Shown in pieces: positions 1-12,966 of a stretch of 64,000 nucleotides of DNA. Each line of letters begins with the position of its first letter. The stretch's first letter is position 1. Origin of the DNA: Candidatus Oxydemutatoraceae bacterium (GTDB lineage: Bacteria; Pseudomonadota; Gammaproteobacteria; Poriferisulfidales; Oxydemutatoraceae); assembly GCA_965218975.1 (NCBI GenBank), contig OZ244717.1, positions 1,472,001 to 1,536,000 of the forward strand, given 5' to 3'. Below the pieces are notes generated by a model, which saw nothing but the letters and a program-made list of their open reading frames with translations, was not told the DNA's origin and searched no databases. The position numbers and the translations under genes are program-made.

Positions 1-741
1 CAATACTTCGCGATGCTCGGCAAGTGCGGCGATTGACTTTGGAGTGAAAATTAATGCATGATCGCTTACCTTCATTTCTTCGCGTAACTGCTTGGCAATT
101 TGCATAGGAGAAATAGTATTTTCTTCCGTTAGTGCAAGCCAATCATTGCGGTGATCTAAAAAATCAAGTAATGCTCCTTTCGCATTGACAAATTTACCAC
201 CGCATAATTCGGTGAATTCATTCATCATCCGGAGTTGTTTGCGATCTTTAACAATTTCACGACATAGCGTGTCGTATGCGATATGCTTCAATTCCCAATC
301 ATCTTCAAGGATGGTAAAGTCCGGTGAAATATTTGCTTCAAAGGGGAATTGTCTTAGTAAATCGGCGCAAAAAGCGTGAAATGTCATCAGTTGGATATTG
401 TCAGCCGCATTTAAGAGTTTTTTGTATAAACTGCGTGCGACCGATAGATTTTCCCAAGGATTTGAAACGTTAATTTCAGTCAATTGTGCAATCAATTCAT
501 CGTCGCCAAGCTGCGCCCACAAACATGTTTTGGCATATAATCTTTGATACATTTCAGCTGCAGCCTTTTCAGTAAATGTCACCGCTAAAATCGTTTCGGG
601 TCCAATTTTATGCAAAAGCAAACGAAGAATACGCGCAATTAATAGCCAAGTTTTACCCGTTCCCGCCGATGCGGAAACAACTGCATTATTGTCTGGAGAA
701 ATGGCCTCAAGATATTGATTTTTTCCGCTCATACTCTCCAT
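1..741 (-). CDS. UvrD-family helicase (AddA/RecB-like), 5' part; runs off the window start
   Basis: Manual minus-strand translation from ATG 741 (or 732): MESMSGKNQYLEAISPDNNAVVSASAGTGKTWLLIARILRLLL...ILAVTFTEKAAAEM. This contains Walker A plus the TFT-KAA-EM motif Ia typical of AddA/RecB. Absent from the ORF track because it is truncated. Confidence 0.85.
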   Translation of the reverse strand, partial: MESMSGKNQYLEAISPDNNAVVSASAGTGKTWLLIARILRLLLHKIGPETILAVTFTEKAAAEMYQRLYAKTCLWAQLGDDELIAQLTEINVSNPWENLSVARSLYKKLLNAADNIQLMTFHAFCADLLRQFPFEANISPDFTILEDDWELKHIAYDTLCREIVKDRKQLRMMNEFTELCGGKFVNAKGALLDFLDHRNDWLALTEENTISPMQIAKQLREEMKVSDHALIFTPKSIAALAEHREVL

Positions 742-806
742 TTTGTTTCAGTTTGTGAGATAATGTAGTTTATTTTATTCCATAGTAGCAGCTAAGCTTA
801 GATCAG

Positions 807-2702
807 ATGAGCGGCAAATATGACGCAGCTTCAATTGAAGTATTAAGCGGCTTGGAACCGGTGAGGAAAAATCCGTGCATGTTCACCGATACTGCTAATC
901 CCAATCATTTGGTTCAAGAGGTGATTGATAACAGTGTTGATGAAGCATTAGCCGGTTATGCGCAAAAAATTCATGTGCAGTTAAAATGCGACGGTTCGAT
1001 TGTTATCAGTGATGATGGTCGAGGAATGCCGGTAGATTTACACCCTAAGCTAAAGAAGCCGGGAGTGGAAGTTATCCTAACGACTTTACATGCCGGCGGA
1101 AAATTTTCGCAAAGAAATTATCGCTACTCAGGGGGGCTGCATGGCGTCGGCGTATCGGTTGTTAACGCCTTGTCTAATCAGCTGGAGGCACGTGTACGAC
1201 GAGCCGGTAAAGAATATGCAATGCTTTTTAAGCAAGGTGCGCCGGTCAGTAAAATGAAAATAGTTGGGAAAGTCAGACGTAACGACACTGGCACGACGAT
1301 TCATTTTTCACCTAACAAACAATTTTTCACCGATGCAAATTTCCATCGGGTTCAATTAAAACATATCCTTCAGGCAAAAGCGGTGCTATGCCCTAAATTA
1401 AAAATTAGTTATCACGATGAAATGAACGATGAAAAGCGGGAGTGGATGTATCACAACGGTTTGGACGAATACTTTAACGAGATGGTTGATGATAAACAGC
1501 CGATGCTTCTAGTCGAACATTTCAGCGGCAACAAGCAGACAAGAAATAATGAAGTGACGTGGTGTGTAAATTGGGTTGAGGATTTTGTTGATTCACCATT
1601 TACCGCGAGTTACGCTAATTTGGTGCCGACTCCTCAAGGCGGAACGCATGTCAATGGTTTGCGTGCCGGATTAACCGCTGCGGTTCGTGAATTCATTCGA
1701 TTTCATAAATCAACGCCCAAGAACGTACGTATTAGCACCGAAGATATTATGGCAAACTTATGTTATCTGCTTTCAATCAAAATTGATAATCCCGCATTCT
1801 CCGGTCAGACTAAAGAGCGTCTAAATTCACCGGTAATTACCGCTGCGGTGCAAAACGCTGTGTATGACGCATTCAGCTTATGGCTGAATCGACATCCGAA
1901 GCAAGGAACAGTGTTGGCGGAGTCAGTGCTTGCCCATGCACAGAAACGTCAGCGGAAAACTAAAAATGTCGCTCGAAAAAGCAGCTTCTCCGGTTTAAAC
2001 CTTCCGCCGAAACTATCCGACTGTACTTCAGATGATTACAGTCAAACTGAATTATTTCTTGTGGAGGGCGATTCCGCCGGAGGATCGGCAAAGCAAGCAC
2101 GTGACCGACGGTTTCAGGCAATTATGCCATTGCGCGGCAAAATTATGAACACTTGGGAAGCTACCGTAGAGACGTTATTAAATTCAGAAGAAATTTGTAA
2201 TATCGCGATTGCGTTAGGCATTAAAATAGGGCAGGACAACCTCAATGGTTTACGCTATGCTAAAGTTTGTATTCTTGCCGACGCTGACCCTGACGGCTTG
2301 CATATTGCAACTTTACTTATAACCTTATTTAAGAAACATTTTGCCGCAATGGTTTCAGCCGGACATTTATATGTTGCGCTGCCGCCGTTATTTCGCATCG
2401 ATATCGGAAAAACTATTTACTATGCTGTCAACGCTGCCGACCGCGACGACTATTTGAATAAATTGTCTGAAAACCAAGCAAAAAGCGCCAAAATTACTCG
2501 TTTCAAAGGACTCGGCGAGATGAATCCGCAACAATTAAGAGAGTCGGTGATGGAAGTCAAAACACGGCGCTTATTCCAGCTCACTTGCAACGACCGCGAT
2601 AGCAGCGAAACAATCATGGATATGCTGTTGGCAAGAAAGCGTGCTGATGAGAGACGCAGCTGGTTGGAAAATAAAGGTAACCTTGCAAGCGATCTGCGGT
2701 GA
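807..2702 (+). CDS. parE: DNA topoisomerase IV subunit B
   Basis: EVIDNSVDEA, GGLHGVGVSVVNALS, EGDSAGGS, PLRGK, DADPDG and RFKGLGEM motifs; 631 aa; upstream of parC. Confidence 0.95.
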   Translation: MSGKYDAASIEVLSGLEPVRKNPCMFTDTANPNHLVQEVIDNSVDEALAGYAQKIHVQLKCDGSIVISDDGRGMPVDLHPKLKKPGVEVILTTLHAGGKFSQRNYRYSGGLHGVGVSVVNALSNQLEARVRRAGKEYAMLFKQGAPVSKMKIVGKVRRNDTGTTIHFSPNKQFFTDANFHRVQLKHILQAKAVLCPKLKISYHDEMNDEKREWMYHNGLDEYFNEMVDDKQPMLLVEHFSGNKQTRNNEVTWCVNWVEDFVDSPFTASYANLVPTPQGGTHVNGLRAGLTAAVREFIRFHKSTPKNVRISTEDIMANLCYLLSIKIDNPAFSGQTKERLNSPVITAAVQNAVYDAFSLWLNRHPKQGTVLAESVLAHAQKRQRKTKNVARKSSFSGLNLPPKLSDCTSDDYSQTELFLVEGDSAGGSAKQARDRRFQAIMPLRGKIMNTWEATVETLLNSEEICNIAIALGIKIGQDNLNGLRYAKVCILADADPDGLHIATLLITLFKKHFAAMVSAGHLYVALPPLFRIDIGKTIYYAVNAADRDDYLNKLSENQAKSAKITRFKGLGEMNPQQLRESVMEVKTRRLFQLTCNDRDSSETIMDMLLARKRADERRSWLENKGNLASDLR

Positions 2703-3616
2703 GCGCATTATTCTCACATAACATTATCGCACTGATCTGGGATTTTGATAAAACTCTAATTCCCGGTTATATGCAAGAACCTTTGTTTGAAGAATATGGG
2801 ATTGACGCTAATGTTTTTTGGAAGGAAGTGAATGCCTTGCCGGAAAAATATCGAGCGCAAGGCTGTAATATGACTTCAAACGAGGCACTTTATCTTAATC
2901 ATATTTTGGATTATGTCCGTATTGGAAAGTTTCAAGGTTTGACCAACAAAAAACTTCGATTTTTAGGTAAAAAACTTAAATTATTTAATGGATTACCCAT
3001 TTTTTTTCAACAACTTCAAAGTGTGATAGAACAAGAATATAAAGCACATAACATTCGAGTTGAGCACTATGTAGTTAGTACCGGGTTGCGCCAAGTGATT
3101 CTTGGAAGCACGCTTGCACCTTGTTTAACCGGCGTTTGGGGATGTGAGTTACTTGAAGAAGAAACCGATACGGGTAAGCAGCTATCTCGTATCGGTTATT
3201 TATTGGATCACACGACAAAAACTCGGGCGATATTTGAAATTAACAAAGGTGTCAATGTTGAATCTTTAATTGATGTCAATGCGCGACTGCCCGAAGACCA
3301 ACGTCGTGTGCCAATTTCGCAGATGATTTATATCGGTGACGGACCGAGCGATGTGCCGGTTTTTTCAGTAATCAACCGCTATGAAGGAAAAAGTTACGCT
3401 GTTTATGCACCGGGGTCAAATAAGGCATACGCACAAGCGTACGCTTTACAAATCGACGAGAAACGTGTGCACGGTATCGGGCCTGCGGACTTTTCCGAAA
3501 GTAGCCAAACTAGTCTTTGGTTAAAGCAAACAGTTAAAGGTATTGCCAACCAAATTGTAGAGAAGCACCGTCGCGTCATTAAAGATAATGTCGGCATTGC
3601 GCCAAAGCATTTTTAG
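2699..3616 (+). CDS. HAD-superfamily hydrolase
   Basis: Motif I DFDKTL, motif II VVSTG, motif IV GDGPSD; the GTG start overlaps the parE stop (GTGA). Confidence 0.85.
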   Translation: MSALFSHNIIALIWDFDKTLIPGYMQEPLFEEYGIDANVFWKEVNALPEKYRAQGCNMTSNEALYLNHILDYVRIGKFQGLTNKKLRFLGKKLKLFNGLPIFFQQLQSVIEQEYKAHNIRVEHYVVSTGLRQVILGSTLAPCLTGVWGCELLEEETDTGKQLSRIGYLLDHTTKTRAIFEINKGVNVESLIDVNARLPEDQRRVPISQMIYIGDGPSDVPVFSVINRYEGKSYAVYAPGSNKAYAQAYALQIDEKRVHGIGPADFSESSQTSLWLKQTVKGIANQIVEKHRRVIKDNVGIAPKHF

Positions 3617-3642
3617 AGAATCTGATAGCTCGATTGCGCTTT

Positions 3643-5901
3643 ATGGCAAATACAGAAACTCAAAAGAAATCGAATTTAACTCCCCAAATCGCACTGACAG
3701 ATTTCGTTGAGCGAGCATATCTTGATTATTCAATGTATGTCGTGCTTGATCGAGCTTTGCCTTCCATTTGTGACGGTCTAAAACCGGTGCAGCGGAGAAT
3801 TGCTTATGCAATGCTAGAACTTGGTTTGAATGCGAATGCGAAACCCAAGAAATCAGCAAGGACGATCGGCGATGTCATTGGTAAATACCATCCGCACGGA
3901 GATATGGCATGCTACGAAGCAATGGTTCTAATGGGACAACCGTTTACTTATCGTTATCCTCTGATTGAAGGGCAGGGAAATTGGGGTTCAATTGACGACC
4001 CCAAGTCATTCGCCGCAATGCGTTATACCGAAGCGCGACTAACTCCTTATGCAGACACTCTACTTGCGGAATTGGGACAAGGCACTGTCGGTTGGCGACG
4101 CAACTTTGATGGCAGCTTGGACGAACCTGAAGTACTGCCGGCACGATTGCCCAATTTATTGCTGAATGGCGCATCGGGGATAGCGGTTGGAATGTCAACC
4201 GATATTCCGCCGCATAATTTAATTGAGGTTTATAAAGCATGTATTTGTTTACTAGATAAAACTCGCACACCAGTTGAAAAATTATTAGGACTAGTGCAAG
4301 GGCCGGATTTTCCTAGCGGTGGTGAAATTATAGATGGCCTTGAAAGAATTGCTGAAATATATAAAACCGGGAATGGTGTACTACGTGTGCGGGCGACTTA
4401 CACAATGGAGAAAAATGATATTGTGATTACTTCTTTGCCGTATCAAGTTTCGATAACACGTATCATGCGACAAATCGGTTCATTGGTACGAAAAAAGAAG
4501 TTCACTTTAATCAAAGATTTGCGCGATGAATCGGATCAAGACCATTGCGTGCGTTTGGTTATTGGCTTAAAAAGAAAAGAATCCAAGCATAAACAAATCA
4601 TGTCGCATTTATTTGCTCATACCGACCTCGAGCGTACATATCATGTGAATATGAATGTGATTGGAATGGACGGCAAGCCTCAGGTGAAGCCTCTGCGACA
4701 GTTGTTGCTTGAATGGCTTGATTTTCGTAAACGAACAGTGCGTTGTAGACTGCAATGGCGACTCAATCAAATTAACCGTCGCCTTGAAGAATTAGAAGGG
4801 TTAAGAATCGCTTATGCGAATCTTGACACAGTTATCCGTATCATTCGTGAAAGTGACAAACCTAAAGCAAATTTAATCAAGCATTTCCGATTCAGTGAAT
4901 CGCAGGCGGAAGTCATCCTTGAATTGCGCTTACGCCGCTTAGCAAAACTGGAACAAATTAAAATTGATCACGAGCGACAGACATTAAACGCTGAGAAAGA
5001 TGGGATTGAACGCTGCTTGGGCTCGACACGACGATTAAAGACCTTGATTAAGCGTGAACTGACAAATGATATGCAAGCATACGGTGATTCGCGTAAAACT
5101 CGAATCATCGCAAGACCGCAAGCCCAAGCTATGGATATTGCCGAATTAATCCCGGTCGAGAAAGTGACTATTGTCTTATCAAAAATGGGATGGATCCGTG
5201 TAATAAAAGGGCATGAAGTTGAACCGACGACACTTGATTATCGCGACGGTGACGAATTTCTTGCTGTCGCTTATATCAACAATAATCAATCGGTTGTGTT
5301 CTTGGATACTGTCGGACGTTGCTATACATTATCCTTGCATCAGTTGCCGTCATCACGTGGATATGGCGAACCGTTAAGTCGCTATTTAAGTCTTGCAGAA
5401 AACTCTGCTATGGTCGGCGTTGTCGTCGGTAATCTGTCACATTCGGTTATGCTAGCTAACAATGCAGGCTACGCATTTTATGCTCCAATCAAAAGTTTGA
5501 TGAGCCGCGGTCGCGCCGGAAAGCAAATATTAAATTTAGGCGATCATCTGCAGGCAACCGCTCTGTCGCCTGTGCCTAAAAGTTTGAATTGGTGGGCTGT
5601 TGCCATCAATCGCAGTGGCCACATGTTAGTTGTCTCAATGAAGGAAATTCCTTTTTTATCAAAAGGAAAAGGAAATAAACTAATTAGTATTAGTAATAAA
5701 GAATTCATTGCAGGCAACGAACAATTGATCGCTGTAGCTTGTGTCTCCAACAAAGATACGTTACGGATCCATGCGGGAAGACGTATTAAATTGATGGCAT
5801 TCGAGCAGTTGTCGGAATTTATTGGCAAGCGCGGTCAACGTGGCTTAAAATTGCCTAAACTATTTCGTAACGTCAATCGCATTGAAGTATTAAAGTCGTA
5901 A
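3643..5901 (+). CDS. parC: DNA topoisomerase IV subunit A
   Basis: [33 protein letters not shown] with the catalytic Tyr; ATG 3643 preferred over TTG 3634. Confidence 0.95.
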   Translation: MANTETQKKSNLTPQIALTDFVERAYLDYSMYVVLDRALPSICDGLKPVQRRIAYAMLELGLNANAKPKKSARTIGDVIGKYHPHGDMACYEAMVLMGQPFTYRYPLIEGQGNWGSIDDPKSFAAMRYTEARLTPYADTLLAELGQGTVGWRRNFDGSLDEPEVLPARLPNLLLNGASGIAVGMSTDIPPHNLIEVYKACICLLDKTRTPVEKLLGLVQGPDFPSGGEIIDGLERIAEIYKTGNGVLRVRATYTMEKNDIVITSLPYQVSITRIMRQIGSLVRKKKFTLIKDLRDESDQDHCVRLVIGLKRKESKHKQIMSHLFAHTDLERTYHVNMNVIGMDGKPQVKPLRQLLLEWLDFRKRTVRCRLQWRLNQINRRLEELEGLRIAYANLDTVIRIIRESDKPKANLIKHFRFSESQAEVILELRLRRLAKLEQIKIDHERQTLNAEKDGIERCLGSTRRLKTLIKRELTNDMQAYGDSRKTRIIARPQAQAMDIAELIPVEKVTIVLSKMGWIRVIKGHEVEPTTLDYRDGDEFLAVAYINNNQSVVFLDTVGRCYTLSLHQLPSSRGYGEPLSRYLSLAENSAMVGVVVGNLSHSVMLANNAGYAFYAPIKSLMSRGRAGKQILNLGDHLQATALSPVPKSLNWWAVAINRSGHMLVVSMKEIPFLSKGKGNKLISISNKEFIAGNEQLIAVACVSNKDTLRIHAGRRIKLMAFEQLSEFIGKRGQRGLKLPKLFRNVNRIEVLKS

Positions 5902-5905
5902 TAAC

Positions 5906-6796
5906 ATGTTTCGTATAGGTCTTTTTCTTTTAGTCAATTTTGCCATTTTACTGATTTTGAATGTCGTTCTGAGTGTATTCGGCTTGGAGCATTGGCTTGT
6001 ACAAAATGGCGTTGATTTTAATGCACGTGCGGTGTTGCTGATCGCGTTGGCTTTTGGCATGGGGGGTGCGTTTATTTCACTAGCGCTTTCAAAATCAATG
6101 GCCAAGCGCAGTATGCGTGTAAGGACGATTGAGAAACCGAGAGATCGGACAGAACAGTGGTTGATCAACATAGTAAAACGACAAGCTCAACAGGCGGGCA
6201 TTGATATGCCGGAGGTGGGCATTTTTCCAACACCTCAGCCTAACGCATTCGCAACCGGCATGTTGCGCAATAAAGCGTTGGTGGCAGTCAGCGAAGGTTT
6301 GTTGCGGCAAATGGATAAGGATGCGATTGAAGCAGTATTGGGGCATGAAATCAGCCATGTTGCTAATGGCGATATGATTACTTTGACTTTAGTCCAAGGT
6401 GTGGTGAATACATTTGTGATTTTTTTGGCACGCGCCGTCGGACATATTGTAGATCGAGCGGTATTTAAAAGCCGCGGCTACGGTCCGGGTTATTACATTA
6501 CAGTTATTGTAATGCAGATTATTTTCTCTATTCTAGCTAGCATCATTGTGATGTGGTTTTCACGCTACCGTGAATTTCGCGCTGATTACGGCGGGATGCG
6601 TCTTGCCGGGCGCGATAAAATGATTCATGCATTGAAGCGTTTGCGAGCAATTGGCCGCCAAGCGCAAGGTTTGCCGACAGAATGGCAGCAGTTTGGAATT
6701 GACGGGCAAACAAAAAGAGGGATTCGACAATTATTCGCAAGCCATCCGCCGTTGATTGAGCGGATACGAGCATTGGAGCAAGCTGATCTGAAATAG
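5906..6796 (+). CDS. htpX: Membrane zinc protease HtpX
   Basis: PNAFATG, HEISH zinc motif, SRYREFRAD, SHPP. Confidence 0.95.
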   Translation: MFRIGLFLLVNFAILLILNVVLSVFGLEHWLVQNGVDFNARAVLLIALAFGMGGAFISLALSKSMAKRSMRVRTIEKPRDRTEQWLINIVKRQAQQAGIDMPEVGIFPTPQPNAFATGMLRNKALVAVSEGLLRQMDKDAIEAVLGHEISHVANGDMITLTLVQGVVNTFVIFLARAVGHIVDRAVFKSRGYGPGYYITVIVMQIIFSILASIIVMWFSRYREFRADYGGMRLAGRDKMIHALKRLRAIGRQAQGLPTEWQQFGIDGQTKRGIRQLFASHPPLIERIRALEQADLK

Positions 6797-7055
6797 TCGT
6801 TTATGTTTAATCGCTACTTGCTTCCGGTTGCCGGTTCTTGCCGACTGCTCAGTTTGACATAGCCCTTTTGCGGGAAAAAACCGTTGGCCTCCTTCTGCCC
6901 GCATGTAGATTATATGTTTGTTCAGACTAATATATCCGGCATATCGGAGGCTCATTCTGTTTGCTATGCAGACATATGAAATGGTTGTTTGTAATGGATA
7001 ATCGGTCGGTGTACGATGCACCGTTTCCACAAAAAATTTACTTAGGTTTGAATTA

Positions 7056-7622
7056 ATGTCGCATTATACAACTAATCAATTTCGTAATGGCTTGAAAATT
7101 TTAGTGGATAATGATCCGCATATTATTCTTGAAAATGAATTTGTAAAGCCTGGCAAAGGACAAGCATTTAATCGGATTAAGTTACGAAACTTAATAACCG
7201 GGCGTGTACTCGACCGCACTTATAAATCCGGTGAAAGTGTAATAGCTGCGGATGTGATAGAAATTGAAGTACAGTATCTTTATAACGACGGAAAAGAATG
7301 GCATTTTATGAACAAAGATACTTTTGAACAGTATGTCGTTTCCGCAGATATGATGAAGGATGCCAAAAATTGGATTAAACCTGAAAATATTTGCACTGCA
7401 ACGCTACATAACGACATACCTATCGTCATTGATTCGCCAAATTTTGTTGAACTGAAAGTCGGTAAGACCGATCCCGGAGTGCGTGGCGACACTGCGACCG
7501 GAGGTACAAAACTTGCTACATTAGAAACCGGAGTTGTTGTCAAAGTTCCATTATTTGTTGAACCTGGCGAAATTCTACGTATAGATACTCGTAGCGGAGA
7601 ATATGTCTCACGTGTCAAATAG
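7056..7622 (+). CDS. efp: Elongation factor P
   Basis: KPGKGQAF loop (Lys34 type), PGVRGDT, VPLFV. Confidence 0.97.
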   Translation: MSHYTTNQFRNGLKILVDNDPHIILENEFVKPGKGQAFNRIKLRNLITGRVLDRTYKSGESVIAADVIEIEVQYLYNDGKEWHFMNKDTFEQYVVSADMMKDAKNWIKPENICTATLHNDIPIVIDSPNFVELKVGKTDPGVRGDTATGGTKLATLETGVVVKVPLFVEPGEILRIDTRSGEYVSRVK

Positions 7623-7786
7623 CAAGTATTATTTTCTGATTATTGCGTACGCAATTGGCGTTCTATGTTAAATGCCATAACGTCTTTGAAAAGTACCTTA
7701 GAGTCCGTAATTTATGGAAAAGCTACTAGAAAAAATTGTTGAAGGATTTAACTTTCAATTTAAAATGCAGCAAAAGCAAAAAAGGA

Positions 7787-8689
7787 TCAGTCTTCCGATT
7801 TTTTGATGTGGCAAGCAAGCTCTTCACCCATACGCACAATATTTCCAGCAGCATAAGCCGGATTCCATTGTATATGTGGGTTTTTAGTCAATAAAATTAC
7901 TGTTGACCCAAGATTGAATCGCCCTATTTCTTCACCGCGCTTAAAATAGATTTGCTGCGCGTTGATGGACGGTATCGGTAAATAGTGCGTATGTTCAATT
8001 GCTTGGCTGCGAGGAGTGACGGTGCCGCGGTGACGGATACTGATTGAACCGACATTGAGAGCGCCGACCATTACGATTGCAATTTTTCCTAGCTTAGTTT
8101 CAAAAATCGTAATGACGCGTTCATTGCGAGTGTATAAACGCGAGATAAGCTTTAATGCATACGGCGCGACGCTGAACAGTTTTCCAGGAATATGAATTAA
8201 GTTTGTCAACCGGCCGTCTACCGGCATATGTACACGATGATAGTCGCAAGGGGACAAATAAATCGTTATGAACTTGCCGTTAACAAAGTTATCGGCACAA
8301 TCGTCAGTGTCCCCGAACAAATCATGCAGTGTATAGCGTTGTCCTTTGGCCTGCAGTAATGTGTCGTCTTGTACATCCCCCGACTCTAAAATCATGCCGT
8401 CGCAGGGGCAGGCAAAAGTACGCGGGTCGTTGCACACGATACGTGCTTCGGCTTTCAGTCGCCGGGTAAAGAAATCATTAAACGTCGCGTAGTTTTCCGG
8501 CTGAGTATATTCGGCCTCCGACATATTGACACCGAAAAAATTGATGTAACGTTTAATCAATATGTTTTTCCGGTGCGTCTTAACCCGCGCCATGAAGAAA
8601 ACGAACCGGGATAACCATTGGTGAGGGAAACAAAAGAAAGCCAATATCTTAAATTTTTCCCATAAGTTTGGTGCTCGATCTGAATTCAT
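7787..8689 (-). CDS. psd: Phosphatidylserine decarboxylase
   Basis: FNDFFTR, YLSPCDYHRVHMP, RNER, LGST self-cleavage site; ATG 8689 is the likely start. Confidence 0.93.
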   Translation of the reverse strand: MNSDRAPNLWEKFKILAFFCFPHQWLSRFVFFMARVKTHRKNILIKRYINFFGVNMSEAEYTQPENYATFNDFFTRRLKAEARIVCNDPRTFACPCDGMILESGDVQDDTLLQAKGQRYTLHDLFGDTDDCADNFVNGKFITIYLSPCDYHRVHMPVDGRLTNLIHIPGKLFSVAPYALKLISRLYTRNERVITIFETKLGKIAIVMVGALNVGSISIRHRGTVTPRSQAIEHTHYLPIPSINAQQIYFKRGEEIGRFNLGSTVILLTKNPHIQWNPAYAAGNIVRMGEELACHIKKSED

Positions 8690-8880
8690 TTTGATTTTCC
8701 TTTCATCGTTTAAGATTTTGAAATTAGTTTGTATTCGATACCATTTGCCCATGTTGCAATACAATTGCGACGTTATTATTATAGAATATGTAGTGTTCGC
8801 TTTCGGACCGGCGGCTTTAGCTTATCTGTTGACTATTACCCATGGGGCTTTACCTTGCATATTGAAAGAGGATAATTTTA

Positions 8881-9966
8881 ATGTCGGGAAACACATTCGG
8901 TAAGCTGTTTACTGTCACATCCTATGGCGAAAGCCACGGCAGCGCAATCGGTTGCATAGTGGATGGCTGCCCGCCCGGGATGACGTTAAGCGAATCCGAC
9001 ATTCAGCCCGAATTGGATCGTCGCCGCCCGGGTAAGACACGTCACACGAGCCAGCGCCGTGAAACCGACATCTTGAAGATTTTATCAGGGGTTTTTAACA
9101 AGAAGACAACCGGCGCTCCAATCGGATTGCTTATTCATAATGTTAATCAACGTTCCAAGGATTATTTTCCTATTAAGGATAAATTTCGTCCCGGTCATGC
9201 GGACTATACGTATCAAAAAAAGTACGGGATTCGTGATTACCGTGGCGGCGGACGTTCATCGGCACGTGAAACAGCGATGCGTGTCGCTGCAGGCGCAATT
9301 GCTAAAAAATACTTAAACGAACGTTATCATATTGTCATACAGGCTTATCTTGCGCAGCTGGGCAAGATCCGTTGCGCAGAAAACATCAAATGGAGAATAA
9401 TTAACGATAATCCTTTTTTCTGCCCCGATCCTGATCAAATCCTATCTCTTGAACAATATATGGATGAGCTGCGTAAATCAGGTGATTCTGCCGGGGCTTT
9501 GATCCGAGTCCACGCCAAAAATATGCCGGCAGGGTTGGGGGAGCCGGTTTTTGATCGGCTTGATGCCGATATTGCTTATGCGATGATGAGTATCAATGCG
9601 GTGAAAGCTGTCGGAATTGGCGCCGGATTCGCTTGTGTCGAACAAAAGGGAAGCGAACATCGCGATGAAATTCAAGATGGTCAATTTTGCAGTAATCATG
9701 CAGGCGGTGTTCTCGGCGGTATTTCAAGCGGGCAAGATATTATTGCCGATGTTGCCTTCAAACCGACTTCGAGCATTCGTTTGCCAGGGAAAACGATAGA
9801 TATTGCCGGCAAAAATACCGATATTGTGATAAAAGGAAGACATGATCCTTGTGTCGGTTTACGTGCAGTTCCGATTGTCGAGGCGATGCTTGCTTTAGTA
9901 TTGATGGATCATGTGTTGCGTCATCGAGCTCAAAATGCCGATCATATCACTACAAATAGTAAATAA
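8881..9966 (+). CDS. aroC: Chorismate synthase
   Basis: [29 protein letters not shown]. Confidence 0.97.
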   Translation: MSGNTFGKLFTVTSYGESHGSAIGCIVDGCPPGMTLSESDIQPELDRRRPGKTRHTSQRRETDILKILSGVFNKKTTGAPIGLLIHNVNQRSKDYFPIKDKFRPGHADYTYQKKYGIRDYRGGGRSSARETAMRVAAGAIAKKYLNERYHIVIQAYLAQLGKIRCAENIKWRIINDNPFFCPDPDQILSLEQYMDELRKSGDSAGALIRVHAKNMPAGLGEPVFDRLDADIAYAMMSINAVKAVGIGAGFACVEQKGSEHRDEIQDGQFCSNHAGGVLGGISSGQDIIADVAFKPTSSIRLPGKTIDIAGKNTDIVIKGRHDPCVGLRAVPIVEAMLALVLMDHVLRHRAQNADHITTNSK

Positions 9967-9977
9967 AGTGGCGCACT

Positions 9978-11138
9978 GTGCCGCACCGCTACGTTAAACT
10001 CTCTGTTTTTTATTTTTTATACTTTTCCAGTTTGGGTATTTATATCCCGTATTGGGGGCCTTATTTACGTGATTTAGGTTTTGATTCGGCAGCGATCGGT
10101 ACGTTGTTTGCAGCCACATTAATTAATCATATATTCGCACCATACTTGTGGGGATGGATTGCGGACCGCACCCATGCTCGTCTGCGCATTATCCGTCTTG
10201 CCGCAACGCTCGCATTGTCATGTTTTGTTCTGGTATTGCTAAACCACACGTTTTATTGGCTTGCATTCGTGCTATTTGGCTTCGGCTTCTTTTGGTATGC
10301 CTTATTACCACAAGTTGAAGTGCTAACAATGCGTAGTTTGAAACACGAGTCTCGCCACTATAGCTCCATTCGCCTATGGGGTTCGGTTGGTTTTATTACT
10401 TGCGTAGCGGGACTTGCGCCGATAATCAATGATTATGGGACATTAATAATTCCCTGGTTGATTATCGGAGTGTTGGCAATGTTGTGGATAGTCACTTTCA
10501 GCATAGATTCCTATCGTTACCACGCGACTTCGGTAGTAAGCATCATGACTTATCTGCGCCGTCCGGAAATATTATCATTGTTCGTGCTGTGCTTTTTAAT
10601 CAAACTGTCGCATGGTCCTTACTACACTTTTTTTAGCATATATCTTCGCGAACATAGCTATAGCAATACTATGATCGGGCAAATTTGGGCATGCGGCGTG
10701 ATTGCCGAAGTCGGGATTTTTCTGTTGATGTATAAAATATTGCCAAAAGTCGGTGCGCCGCTACTATTATTGATTAGTCTGATCGGAGCGACGATTCGTT
10801 GGCTTTTAACTGCTTATTTTGTCGATTCTTTAGGAATATTGCTGCTGGCACAATCATTGCACGCAGTTAGTTTTGGCGTCTATCACGCTGCAGCGATTCA
10901 CTTGATTAATTTTTGGTTTCGTGGAGGCGCTCAAGGAAGAGGGCAAGCACTTTATTCAGCAGTTAGTTTTGGTGCCGGTGGTGCTTTGGGGAGTTATCTG
11001 TCAGGACAATTGTGGGATTCTATAGGTAGTACCTACGTATTTTCTCTTGGGGCGATGGCCGCTTTGATTGCCGTACCGCTGGTGATTCCGATTTATCGGA
11101 ATATTTGTCGTAGCAAGAGAATTCTTGTTGAAGCTTGA
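9978..11138 (+). CDS. MFS transporter (MFS_1_like/HcaT-like)
   Basis: About 12 hydrophobic segments, WGWIADR and IRLWGSVG; typical neighbour of aroC. Confidence 0.85.
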   Translation: MPHRYVKLSVFYFLYFSSLGIYIPYWGPYLRDLGFDSAAIGTLFAATLINHIFAPYLWGWIADRTHARLRIIRLAATLALSCFVLVLLNHTFYWLAFVLFGFGFFWYALLPQVEVLTMRSLKHESRHYSSIRLWGSVGFITCVAGLAPIINDYGTLIIPWLIIGVLAMLWIVTFSIDSYRYHATSVVSIMTYLRRPEILSLFVLCFLIKLSHGPYYTFFSIYLREHSYSNTMIGQIWACGVIAEVGIFLLMYKILPKVGAPLLLLISLIGATIRWLLTAYFVDSLGILLLAQSLHAVSFGVYHAAAIHLINFWFRGGAQGRGQALYSAVSFGAGGALGSYLSGQLWDSIGSTYVFSLGAMAALIAVPLVIPIYRNICRSKRILVEA

Positions 11139-11145
11139 TATCCGG

Positions 11146-12868
<1,723 letters not shown>

Positions 12869-12966
12869 TTAAAGCTTATTTTATACGAATCCGCTAAAAT
12901 CTGACGGTGAAAATAGATTAACTTCAATCCGATCAAATGAAACAAACTTAGCGGAGAAAGTATTCA

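Noticed and set aside
185-758. Two plus-strand ORFs at the window start
   Set aside because: They are antisense shadows of the helicase gene.
6731-7030. 99-aa ORF divergent from efp as an epmB remnant
   Set aside because: No radical-SAM or EpmB-like motif visible, and it overlaps the end of htpX.
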